In this document: piece by piece, positions 8,944-17,244 of the stretch
Numbering within the stretch: position 1 is the stretch's first letter
Layout: every line of letters starts with the position of its first letter
NCBI RefSeq assembly: GCF_000092105.1
Contig: NC_014148.1
Coordinates: forward strand, 180,001-212,000
Origin: Planctopirus limnophila DSM 3776
GTDB lineage: Bacteria; Planctomycetota; Planctomycetia; Planctomycetales; Planctomycetaceae
Direction: 5' to 3'
DNA: 32,000 nucleotides
Made by a program: the position numbers and the translations under genes
Notes under the pieces: model-generated
The model's database searches: none
What the model saw: only the letters and a program-made list of their open reading frames with translations
What the model was told of the DNA's origin: nothing

Positions 8944-8996
8944 CAAGGCGAGCAGTGGGTGTCAACCCACTGTTTCTACTATCATCACTTTAATTG

Positions 8997-9051
8997 AAAG
9001 GGAAAGTCGAAGGTGGGTTGCCGAGGGCTTTAGCCCACCCTGCCGGGCTGG
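8997..9051 (+). repeat. family-A REP/MITE-like palindromic element, copy A1
   Basis: gaaagggaaagtcgaaGGTGGGTTgccgagggctttAGCCCACCctgccgggctgg. It aligns with copy A3 through the core and both flanks (GAAAGGGA upstream, CGGGCTGG and AAAGTCA downstream). A related mini-hairpin cagtgggt-gtca-acccactg lies at 8954..8973. Confidence 0.7.
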
Positions 9052-9097
9052 TGTCGAACCCATTGCAAAAAGTCATACAATATGTAACGGTGAATCC

Positions 9098-10543
9098 TCA
9101 GGTCGTTCCGTTCTTCATGAAGTGCTGTTTGTTCTGAACCGCAAACTTCGCCAGAAGCACATTTACGTCTTCGGTGCATGAATAGTACCGATCGTCCAGA
9201 GATTCAAAGAGCTTTCTGTGGCGAGAAACCAACTTCGCGAGCTCTTTGTGACGATTCTCGTCGTTCCGCGAAGGACCGGATGCTCCAAAGAGCTTTATTG
9301 CTTCTTCGAGAACTTTCGCACGTTCATGAGCGCCCATCTCCTTCAGTCCTTTCAGTGCTTCCATCCAATGACCGCCGGAAGAATTGGAGAAGAACTGAGT
9401 GTGCCCGCCATTGTTGACCTCCGAGTCGTAGATTCGTACGGCAAGGTAGAGTTTTAGCGGAGAAGACAGATCATCAAAGCCGAGGTCGTCCATACGGTTG
9501 AGGGCGTAACCATAGGCGTCGAGCACACCATGGAGAATTGCGATGGCCTCCCCAGCACCCCTTCTCACCACCTCCTCGGTGGAATTCAATTCCGACTGAA
9601 TCACCTCTTGGGCTTTCGAATCCGGATTGATTGCGTATGAGACTAATGCCGCTGAGTACTCGTAGCTATGTGGATACTTACCAATGAGCGGCTTCACAGT
9701 GTTGAGGAAGGGCAGAAGACGTTCGTGCGGAATCTTGACTTTCGCATTGTTCAATGCCAACAAATTATATTCCGACCTATTGTTATCGACGGCAAGGTTC
9801 GCCGAGGAAATCAGGATTTCGGTGGCCCGCTCCCGGTCGATGGCAAGCAATAGTTCGGGAGCCGTCCGGGTGGTGCTGAGATCATCACGGGTCAACAACT
9901 CAATCAGTGTAGGGAAAACGGCGTCGAGAAACGCTTTCTCGCTTCGCTGGGCGGTGATTCCCCTGTGGATGCCATACATTCCGAATGTGCAAACCTGAGG
10001 GTTCTGATCGGTCAGGGATTTCAGGGTATGCGGAATGCATTCCGCAGTGCCGATGTTTGCCATGGCTAGGGCCGCATAAACACGGAAGTGCTCGTTGTCA
10101 TGCACGATGTATCGTGATAACGCTCCCACTGCGGAAGGTGGGGCTAAAGGTTCAAGTATATTGCATATTCGTTCGAAAGGCGACTTTTCAGCGAATGCGT
10201 GGCCATCTTTGGAGAACATCTTCACTGCGGTTTGAGGATCTTCGAGAGCCTCGATGAGAAAGGGCAAAGCTTTGATTCCCACAAGCTTCAGGCGTTCCTT
10301 GTTGAAATCCTGATCCTTCTCGACGAACAGCCTTTCGACCATTCCTCGGATTTCAGATTCGGAGATATCGTCAGGGATGACCAGCGCGGCCCGCGCAGCG
10401 AAATAGTCGCTTGCTGCCTTTCTATAGTCCGGGTTCGTGACCCAGTCGTGGAAGCCGCCTCGGCCCGCCGAGAAATACTCACGGAAGGCAAGATAAAGAA
10501 ATATTGCCACGCTGGCAATTATCCCCAGTGTTATATAATCCAT
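9098..10543 (-). CDS. membrane-anchored HEAT-repeat protein with C-terminal DMP19/DUF4375-like domain
   Basis: 481-aa ORF. The N-terminal hydrophobic span is ITLGIIASVAIFLYLAF. The middle region has PBS-lyase/HEAT-like periodicity (SAVGALSRYIVHDNEHFRVYAALAMANIGTAECIPHTLKSLTDQNPQV). The C-terminal ~150 aa carry the signature EVNNGGHTQFFSNSSGGHW (9365..9421) that I recognise from the DUF4375/DMP19 DNA-mimic family. Confidence 0.75.
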   Translation of the reverse strand: MDYITLGIIASVAIFLYLAFREYFSAGRGGFHDWVTNPDYRKAASDYFAARAALVIPDDISESEIRGMVERLFVEKDQDFNKERLKLVGIKALPFLIEALEDPQTAVKMFSKDGHAFAEKSPFERICNILEPLAPPSAVGALSRYIVHDNEHFRVYAALAMANIGTAECIPHTLKSLTDQNPQVCTFGMYGIHRGITAQRSEKAFLDAVFPTLIELLTRDDLSTTRTAPELLLAIDRERATEILISSANLAVDNNRSEYNLLALNNAKVKIPHERLLPFLNTVKPLIGKYPHSYEYSAALVSYAINPDSKAQEVIQSELNSTEEVVRRGAGEAIAILHGVLDAYGYALNRMDDLGFDDLSSPLKLYLAVRIYDSEVNNGGHTQFFSNSSGGHWMEALKGLKEMGAHERAKVLEEAIKLFGASGPSRNDENRHKELAKLVSRHRKLFESLDDRYYSCTEDVNVLLAKFAVQNKQHFMKNGTT

Positions 10544-10671
10544 GACTTTGGGCGATCACGATGAAATGTGGTTTGTGAATGGCCATGCCGACAACACAAA
10601 TCAGACACATCGCTGATGGATTTGGCGATGAACCTGATTCGTCGGATGGCGGCTACGTGCTGATTCAACGA

Positions 10672-10703
10672 GTAGGGTGGGTTAAGGCTTTGCGCAACCC
10701 ACC
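10672..10703 (-). repeat. family-A palindromic element, copy A2 (inverted, core only)
   Basis: gtagggtgggttaaggctttgcgcaacccacc. Its reverse complement, ggtgggttgcgcaaagccttaacccaccctac, differs at one position from the A3 core. The flanks diverge. Confidence 0.7.
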
Positions 10704-10849
10704 AACTCGAAATCGCCCCTGATCGTTTCTTTTCACTCCGTGCAAGCTGGCGAAGACCCACTTAATGAGCACATCAAGAGTCAACCACGAGGCGAGGGTA
10801 TCTTTTATAGTTATTGATGCATTCTATAGTACTGTTCAGCGTCTTCGTC

Positions 10850-10906
10850 GAAAGGGAGAATCATAGGTGGGTTGCGCAGAGCCTTAACCCACCCTACCGG
10901 GCTGGG
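10850..10906 (+). repeat. family-A REP/MITE-like palindromic element, copy A3
   Basis: gaaagggagaatcataGGTGGGTTgcgcagagccttAACCCACCctaccgggctgg. It has an 8-bp stem and a 12-nt loop, and shares flanks with A1. Confidence 0.7.
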
Positions 10907-11000
10907 TGACAAAGTCACAAGAAACATTTCAATAAACGCCCTTTTGGATTCCTCCAGCCTGATTCCACCCGCGAAATCGGCACGCCAGTTATACGCATTT

Positions 11001-11030
11001 GTGCCATGCTTGCGGCTCTGAGCAAGCATG
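11001..11030 (-). repeat. family-B palindromic element, copy B1 (inverted)
   Basis: The plus strand reads gtgc-catgcttgc-ggctctga-gcaagcatg. The reverse complement is catgcttgc-tcagagcc-gcaagcatg-gcac: a perfect 9-bp stem with an 8-nt loop. Confidence 0.7.
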
Positions 11031-11071
11031 TGTTTTGGTCTTTCAACGATCAATACCACACGCAAATCCCG

Positions 11072-11101
11072 CATGCTCACTCCGAGCCGTGAGCATGGCA
11101 C
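11072..11101 (+). repeat. family-B palindromic element, copy B2
   Basis: catgctcac-tccgagcc-gtgagcatg-gcac, a perfect 9-bp stem. The two stem positions that differ from B1 are changed on both arms (tt.gc/gcaa versus tcac/gtga), so pairing is preserved. Confidence 0.7.
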
Positions 11102-11176
11102 GTAGATGATTATCGTGAGCCGGTATCCGGCAACGCGTGGTGAAGTTGATCATCGGCAGGTCGCTTCGAGATCGCC

Positions 11177-12547
11177 CTAAAATGCGTTGTTGCGTGGTGG
11201 ATTGGGGGGGCGGTTGGGGTTTGCGGGCTTCGTGTTGGGTGTGTTGGGAGGAGTGGCTGCAGGTTGTCCGGGATTTCCCCCTCCAACGCGCAGGACTGTG
11301 CGGAAACCGACATCGGGGAATTTGTCGGTCATCAATCGACCTTCCCGGGCTGTGACATCCCAATCGCTTAAACAGCCTTTCACGGTGTGCTGGCTGGTAA
11401 TTTTTGGCTTCTTGGCACCTGTCCAGTTCTTCACGCCGTCTCGCGACTTGGCCGCTTCGGCGTGGCTGTTGTCGTCGTGCCAGTCGGCGACCCATTCATG
11501 AGCATTTCCCGCCAGGTCGTAGATGCCGTAAATGCTCTGATCGCTGCTGAACTTGCCGACGTTGGCCAATGTTTTGGTCGTTCGCGGCTCGGGCCAGATC
11601 GCCCGGGTATTGCCCCAGGGAGCTCGAAATCCGTCCGGGCCACGGGCGGCTTTTTCAAATTCCGCCTCTGTGGGAAGTTCCCGACCAGACCACTTGGCGT
11701 AGGCACTGGCCACACCCCACGGAATCCCCAGTACGGGCTGGCGTGGATCAGCCGTCTCATTGATCGCAGCGAAGCTGTTCTTGTTCTTGGCCTTCATCTC
11801 ATCGCGATAGCGTTTGTACTCAGCGACCGTTGTTTCAAACACATTGATGTAATAGCCATCCAGTAGAACCGTGGCTTCAGGCCGGGCATTGGCGGGGCCG
11901 TCATTGGAGCCGAGCCTGGCAGGCCCGGGTGGGATGTAGGCCATCAGGCTGCCGTCGTACTGGCAGATGATTCGCTTAGGCCAGCCATCCGGCGATAACC
12001 CTGTCCCCGGAACGGACATGAACCCAATTGGTAAACGATTTCCCTGGAGGTTCGCAGGGTTTCCCGAAGCATCGATCGAGCTTCCCGTCTCGGTGGTGGC
12101 GGGAATTTCGGTCACGACAAAGCTGGTTGCACCTGCCTGATCTGCCACCTGTGCAATCACAAACTGATCGATTTCATGCGGAAGTGGTGTTGATGATGTC
12201 ACGCTGTTGACAGAGCCAGGTGCGACGAAGTCAAACACATTTGCGGGATGTTCTCCCGGTGGAGCCATGGCCGGGCCGGCTGTGGCTTCGCCTTCGACGG
12301 GTGCGGCTTCGCCCGGCGGATTCTCAGCGGGTTCAGGAGCAGCGGGCTTCACCGTTTTGATGGCGACAGGTGGTGGAGCCACCGGAGCTGCTGGTGCTGG
12401 TGGTTTTGTGCCACCACCACAACCTGACAGCAACCAGGGGGCCAGCCACAGGAGGGCGCACAGCCTGATTCCTTGCCAGCCGTTCGCAACTCGTGCGGCG
12501 GAATCAGTGGGATTTGTTGAACCAGCCTGTTCGATAAGCCATGCCAT
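11177..12547 (-). CDS. formylglycine-generating-enzyme (SUMF1/EgtB/PvdO) fold lipoprotein
   Basis: ORF 11177..12580 (-). The ATG at 12547 gives MAWLIEQ... followed by the lipobox LLSGC. An A/P-rich linker follows, then FGE-sulfatase-domain blocks (GIPWGVASAYAKWSGRELPTEAEFEKAARGPDG, YDLAGNAHEWVADW, DVGFRTVLRV). The tail is Pro/Asn-rich. I see no FGE catalytic Cys pair. Confidence 0.8.
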   Translation of the reverse strand: MAWLIEQAGSTNPTDSAARVANGWQGIRLCALLWLAPWLLSGCGGGTKPPAPAAPVAPPPVAIKTVKPAAPEPAENPPGEAAPVEGEATAGPAMAPPGEHPANVFDFVAPGSVNSVTSSTPLPHEIDQFVIAQVADQAGATSFVVTEIPATTETGSSIDASGNPANLQGNRLPIGFMSVPGTGLSPDGWPKRIICQYDGSLMAYIPPGPARLGSNDGPANARPEATVLLDGYYINVFETTVAEYKRYRDEMKAKNKNSFAAINETADPRQPVLGIPWGVASAYAKWSGRELPTEAEFEKAARGPDGFRAPWGNTRAIWPEPRTTKTLANVGKFSSDQSIYGIYDLAGNAHEWVADWHDDNSHAEAAKSRDGVKNWTGAKKPKITSQHTVKGCLSDWDVTAREGRLMTDKFPDVGFRTVLRVGGGNPGQPAATPPNTPNTKPANPNRPPNPPRNNAF

Positions 12548-12750
12548 AACGACACTCCGCAGGCAAAACCTACCCTGCAATCACGCCATCACTCTTGTGG
12601 AATACGACAGGATGGAGCCTGCCGTATTCTTTTAAGTCTGATGGAGAAATCGCTGAAAGGCAACTGGCAGCTTGGCGTTCCATTCGATGTGAGGAAAAGT
12701 TCATCGTCAGCAAGGAACAGCAGCGACTGATTTCTCCGCAACGCGTCATT

Positions 12751-14586
12751 TCACGAAAACCAGAAGGCGACAGTTGCTTTCACGGGAGAGAAGAGTTTCA
12801 TGATGTTCCCCCACTCGGCATAGGTGGCCAGAATGGCAATAAACATAAAGAACGTTCCACCCAAAAAGAGCCCTGTGAGGACAGCAATGCCGGGCCGTAT
12901 TGCCTTGGGCAGCAGGAAGGCATTCACGAACAAGGTGTGAAAGCAACTCACTCCCAGCGCGTAATTATAAAGCATCCCGGCAAAGGTGAGCAGGCTGTCT
13001 CCCTTGATTGTCAGCAGCATAAAAATCCCGACTCCGGTATAGACCCAGAGCACAATAAAGTAGAGCGTGCCGATATGCTTGGGATCGATCTTCCGCATGT
13101 GTGAACTGGCTGTCCAGGTGACATCGACCCACCGGCGTAAAGTCCCCTCCGCTGTCGATGCACAACTGGTGGCCAGCACCAGAAATCCGCAGAAGAGAGT
13201 CAGCGCCCAGAACGTTTTTCCCCAGGCGCGCTGGCTGCCGGTAATGGGTGGCAGCTTGGCATCTTCGGCTGCCTGAGTTTCACTCGAAGGGGCAGCCTCC
13301 GGGGTTTGTGTGCCACCTTTGGAAATCACAGCCGCCTGAGGAAACAGCCTGGCGGCTGGGACACCACTTACTGCTTCAGCCACACCATTGGCGGTCATAC
13401 CGGCTGAAGCCCATTTATCAACTAGCACAGTTCCACGCGGCAAAAACTGCACCGAGAGCATGCTCGGGAGTGCCAGGCCAATAAAGCAGGCGGGCATCCA
13501 GATCATGAGTTGTTCACGCCTCACGTGCTTGAGCCAGCCCTTCCAGTGAGCCAGATTTTCTTTCGTTTGCCGGAAAACCATCCCGACGTGCGAGAGGGCA
13601 ATTTCGTGGCCACCGACAAAACTGGGGATTGCTCCCACGTGGCGGCCCATGCCCCAACCCTGATCGCGGGTGTAGTTACTCATGGGAGTGTTAGTGAGCC
13701 CGCCATTCCCCGAGATCGCAGCCATCGTCGCGAGAATGCCGATCACACTCAGATCAATCACTGGAAATCCGCGACCGCCAAAGAATTCGATAAACACGTT
13801 TTTGACATTCGGACCCAGTGGCTGCTCATCAGCATCCTGAATGCCATTTCCATTGAGATCATTCTCGGCCACCACAGGAATGTTGCCAAACTGGAAAAAG
13901 CCTGTACCAATCTCACGCCACGTTTCGAATGTCGAAAACCAGACAGCGAGGATCAGCAGAAAGCTGACCACAAAGATCAGCTTGAAAACCATGACCGCTT
14001 TCAGCGAATGATAGACTTTTCCGCCCACACTCATGGGGAGCATGACACCCACGAGAATCAGGCAACCCAGAAGCTTCAGATACCATTCATACTCTTTGGA
14101 ATCGGGCACATACCCCAGATACAGCCCCAACAGAGGAATGGCGGCATTCGAAGCCAGGTAGGGCAAAAACGAGCCAAAATCGAGTAGCAGGTAGAACGAC
14201 AGCCAGAACAATGGCCCGGGGAAGAGCCGAAACTTCCCGGTAAAAATCGGCTCGCCGGTATAGAGAGTGTAGCGGCTGATTTCGATGTTATAGAGTGTCT
14301 GGCAAAGAATACTGATCGTCGACAGCCACAACAGAGCACCGCCAAAGCGAGCCGTATTGAGCGGGCCAGTCAGCCACTCGCCGCCACCGATGGCCGAAGC
14401 CCCCAGGACAATTCCCGGCCCGATAAATCCGGCGACATTCCGCAACTTAAACACCGGCGGAGCGGGCAAATCTCCCAGATCCCAGCGAGGCATGGAGGCC
14501 ACACCCGGGTGGGGTGCCAGTTCGGTCACAGGCTCACTGGAAGTCGTGGCAGCCCGGATCGTCTCCTCTGGGGGTGTCGCTGTCAT
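12751..14586 (-). CDS. NRAMP-fold (APC superfamily) membrane transporter, non-canonical
   Basis: 611-aa polytopic ORF. The TM1 region FIGPGIVLGASAIGGGEWLTGPLNTARFGGALLWL aligns by eye with the NRAMP block GPG....S....DPGN.......GA.FGY.LLW. GGGE replaces DPGN. A hydrophilic insert (GGTQTPEAAPSSETQAAEDAKLPP) is present. Confidence 0.55.
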   Translation of the reverse strand: MTATPPEETIRAATTSSEPVTELAPHPGVASMPRWDLGDLPAPPVFKLRNVAGFIGPGIVLGASAIGGGEWLTGPLNTARFGGALLWLSTISILCQTLYNIEISRYTLYTGEPIFTGKFRLFPGPLFWLSFYLLLDFGSFLPYLASNAAIPLLGLYLGYVPDSKEYEWYLKLLGCLILVGVMLPMSVGGKVYHSLKAVMVFKLIFVVSFLLILAVWFSTFETWREIGTGFFQFGNIPVVAENDLNGNGIQDADEQPLGPNVKNVFIEFFGGRGFPVIDLSVIGILATMAAISGNGGLTNTPMSNYTRDQGWGMGRHVGAIPSFVGGHEIALSHVGMVFRQTKENLAHWKGWLKHVRREQLMIWMPACFIGLALPSMLSVQFLPRGTVLVDKWASAGMTANGVAEAVSGVPAARLFPQAAVISKGGTQTPEAAPSSETQAAEDAKLPPITGSQRAWGKTFWALTLFCGFLVLATSCASTAEGTLRRWVDVTWTASSHMRKIDPKHIGTLYFIVLWVYTGVGIFMLLTIKGDSLLTFAGMLYNYALGVSCFHTLFVNAFLLPKAIRPGIAVLTGLFLGGTFFMFIAILATYAEWGNIMKLFSPVKATVAFWFS

Positions 14587-14679
14587 TCACCAGTTCTCCG
14601 GCCTAACTTCTTATAATCAAAGCAGATATGAAACATCACGCCAGGCGTTTACATCCTTTGTGCATGGATTTCGAGAGCC

Positions 14680-14784
14680 CAATGCCCCGGTACCTTTAGA
14701 GGCTGAGCCGGGCCAGGAATCCATCAACGAATGAACCTAGACGAATGCGTCACTCTCTGCAATCAATGACCCGTACCTTTAGGG
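14680..14784. promoter_or_regulatory. pair of imperfect direct repeats in the divergent promoter region (candidate operator)
   Basis: caatgccccggtacctttagagg (14680..14702) and caatgacccgtacctttaggg (14764..14784) start 84 bp apart. They lie 94-198 bp upstream of the NRAMP-fold gene start. Confidence 0.35.
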
Positions 14785-15136
14785 ATCATTTTCCGATCTC
14801 GTCGTGAACTCCCATGATTTTTGAATCCATTCGAACCGTCGAAACGCCTGCAATCCCGTGCCATTTGCAGCAGACAGGGTGGTTGTGTGAATTCTGACTG
14901 GTCGACCTTTTATGCTCGAAAACATCGCGCGATGAACACGACAACACCTTCGAGTTCCCGAAAGTCGGCCTCGTCAGGCAACTTTTCTGTAAGGGATCAC
15001 TGCAAAAGCGGTTAGACTTTTCATTACAGACTTTTGCATGGCATCAAGAAGAACTGCATCGCGACAAGATCTGCACAGTCAGTTATTCCTCGTTCACTCT
15101 CCCGCCCGCCGCCACTTCGACTTCGGTGAGTTTTGC

Positions 15137-16534
15137 ATGACGACCAACACTGTCCTTCCAGCCGAAACACTCCCGGTTCTGAATCCCGAAAGTCCTGCCA
15201 CCGGCGGTTGTGACGACATCCAGCTCGACCCACCCAAGGCTCAGACCACTGAGGTGGGCAGTTACTTCATCTCAAACTATCCGCCGTTTTCGCTCTGGCA
15301 ATCGAGCAACCTGCCCCGCTTGAAAGAGGTGATGGCTGCACCTCCTGCATCGAAGGCTCCACTCGGGCTGTATCTGCACATTCCCTTCTGCCGTAAACGC
15401 TGCAAATTCTGTTACTTCCGGGTCTATACCAATCAGAATGCCAAGGCGATTGAACAGTACGTTGAAGCCCTGGCTCGCGAAGTGGAACTGGTCAGCCAGT
15501 TGCCCGCCATCCAGGGCCGCAAGCTCAAGTTTGTCTACTTTGGTGGGGGAACTCCCTCCTATCTGAGTTCTAAACAACTCCGCTTTCTTCGCGAGAAGTT
15601 AAGTGCCCATATCAGTTGGGATGACGCCGAAGAAGTGACCTTCGAGTGCGAGCCCGGCACGTTGCACGAAGAGAAAGTCGCCACGCTGAAAGACATCGGC
15701 ATCACGCGCGTCTCCTTGGGCGTCGAGAACTTTAATGACCAGATCCTCGAAGAAAATGGCCGAGCCCATAAGACGCCGGAAGTCTACCGCGCTTACGAGT
15801 GGATTCAGAAAGCGGGCTTCCCTCAGGTGAACATTGATCTCATTGCCGGGATGATTGGCGAGACCGATGAGAACTGGGCCATGAACATTCGCGAAGCTCG
15901 AAAGCTCGCTGCTCAGAACGTGACCATTTATCAGATGGAACTCCCCTTCAATACGATCATCTCGAAAGAGATGAAAGAGCTGGGCACCGCTTCACCTGTG
16001 GCCGATTGGGCCACCAAACGCCGCTGGGTGAGTGAAGCGATGGATGCCCTCGGTGAAGATGGCTACCACATCTCCAGTGGCAACGAACTTGTCAAGAACC
16101 CCACGACCGACCAGTTTGTCTATCGCGATAACGTCTGGCGAGGCTGCGATCTGCTGGCGATTGGAGTTTCTTCGTTTGGCCATCTGCAGGGTGTCCATTA
16201 TCAGAATCTCGATCGCATTGAGGATTATCTGGCAACGGTCGAGCGGGGTGAGTTGCCTGTGAACCGAGCCCTCGAACCCACGCCACATCAGCGGCTGATT
16301 CGCGAATGGGTGCTGCAGATGAAAGAAGGTCAGGTGAGTGCCGCACCATTCATCGATAAGTTTGGCATCAATCCGCTGGAGGAGTTCCGCACACCACTAG
16401 CCAATCAGGCGGCCCGGGGTTACCTCGTCGTCGAAGAAGATCGCGTGCGGCTGACGAGAAAAGGTCTCCTGCAGGTTGATAGTCTGCTCCCGGAATACTT
16501 CGAACCCGAACACCGTGCTGTTCGTTACACCTGA
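15137..16534 (+). CDS. HemN-family radical SAM protein (oxygen-independent coproporphyrinogen-III oxidase-like)
   Basis: ORF 15038..16534 (+). The ATG at 15137 is preferred because the early codons of the 33-codon extension have low GC3. Blocks: radical SAM cluster motif [44 protein letters not shown], and the HemN-like N-terminal NYPPFSLW. Confidence 0.85.
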   Translation: MTTNTVLPAETLPVLNPESPATGGCDDIQLDPPKAQTTEVGSYFISNYPPFSLWQSSNLPRLKEVMAAPPASKAPLGLYLHIPFCRKRCKFCYFRVYTNQNAKAIEQYVEALAREVELVSQLPAIQGRKLKFVYFGGGTPSYLSSKQLRFLREKLSAHISWDDAEEVTFECEPGTLHEEKVATLKDIGITRVSLGVENFNDQILEENGRAHKTPEVYRAYEWIQKAGFPQVNIDLIAGMIGETDENWAMNIREARKLAAQNVTIYQMELPFNTIISKEMKELGTASPVADWATKRRWVSEAMDALGEDGYHISSGNELVKNPTTDQFVYRDNVWRGCDLLAIGVSSFGHLQGVHYQNLDRIEDYLATVERGELPVNRALEPTPHQRLIREWVLQMKEGQVSAAPFIDKFGINPLEEFRTPLANQAARGYLVVEEDRVRLTRKGLLQVDSLLPEYFEPEHRAVRYT

Positions 16535-16601
16535 GTGACCATCGTAAAGTCAGAATTCCGTTCTCCTGGTACGATCTGTTCCCGAGTGATTGGCCTTCAC
16601 G

Positions 16602-17138
16602 ATGAATGCACTGCACTCTCTCGATGCTCTCATGAATCCGTTTCGATCGGCTGCGCCGCTTTTCATCAAAGCGGTGCATCTGCCGCAAGCGGTGACTCCG
16701 GAGCCTTATGCCGGGCTCTTGGTGCATCACGAGCACATGACAGTCGCCATGGAGAATTTTCACAAAGATCGAGTTGATGTCGAGGTGCTCGACCGGCATC
16801 TCGAAGGGCCGATTCTCTATCGCAAGATCATTCTGCGTTGCAGCACCAGCGGCGTGGTGGTGCAGTTCGGGCTGGTGCGCTTCGACCTGCGCACTGTTTC
16901 GCAGCAGGTGCGTGATGAGATTATGGCCGAAGAGATACCATTGGGCCGCATTCTCATCAACCACAACCTTTTGCGGCATGTCGATCTCAATGCGATCCTC
17001 GAATTGAGCCTGGGTGAAGAACTGGCGGCCCTGATGGAGGTTCCCGCCGGTACCACCACCTATGGCCGCCTCGCCACCCTCTTCTGCGACCACCAACCCG
17101 CCGTTGACTTATTGGAGGTTTCGAGGCCATTGGGATGA
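16602..17138 (+). CDS. chorismate pyruvate-lyase (UbiC)-fold / DUF98-like protein
   Basis: ORF 16590..17138 (+) opens with TTG; the first ATG is at 16602. By-eye alignment to E. coli UbiC blocks: LLVHHEHMTVAMENF vs LLLEDSMTKRFE; ILYRKIILRC..SGVVVQFGLVRF vs [27 protein letters not shown] vs PLGRYL; YGRLATLFCDHQPAVDLLEV vs [20 protein letters not shown]. Confidence 0.5.
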   Translation: MNALHSLDALMNPFRSAAPLFIKAVHLPQAVTPEPYAGLLVHHEHMTVAMENFHKDRVDVEVLDRHLEGPILYRKIILRCSTSGVVVQFGLVRFDLRTVSQQVRDEIMAEEIPLGRILINHNLLRHVDLNAILELSLGEELAALMEVPAGTTTYGRLATLFCDHQPAVDLLEVSRPLG

Positions 17139-17244
17139 TTGTATGAGATTGGTATATCGAACAATGAGTTGTTGATCTGTCCCGGAATGGTACGTTTTTG
17201 AAGTTGATGCTTGAGAGCAGGCTGGCGTTCTGCCGGAAGAGAAC

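Noticed and set aside
10531-11101. ORFs 10531..10761 (-) and 10811..11101 (-), plus a short plus-strand ORF from 10583, all in the repeat-rich gap.
   Set aside because: All run straight through the palindromic elements, and their translations share the repeat-derived strings GWVKALRNPP and SRKHGT. They have no RBS and no family resemblance. They are most likely non-coding, though a degraded gene remnant cannot be excluded.
14862-14875. A sigma-54-like -24/-12 sequence on the minus strand (TGGCACGGGATTGC), pointing toward the NRAMP-fold gene.
   Set aside because: The GG to GC spacing is 9 nt instead of the near-invariant 10 nt. It is also about 270 nt from the start codon. It is worth a PWM check but is not supported as a promoter.
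15038-15136. A 33-codon N-terminal extension of the HemN-like ORF ([10 protein letters not shown]...).
   Set aside because: The early codons have low GC3. The extension is Arg/Ser-rich and unlike HemN N-termini. The ATG at 15137 gives a product length typical for the family.
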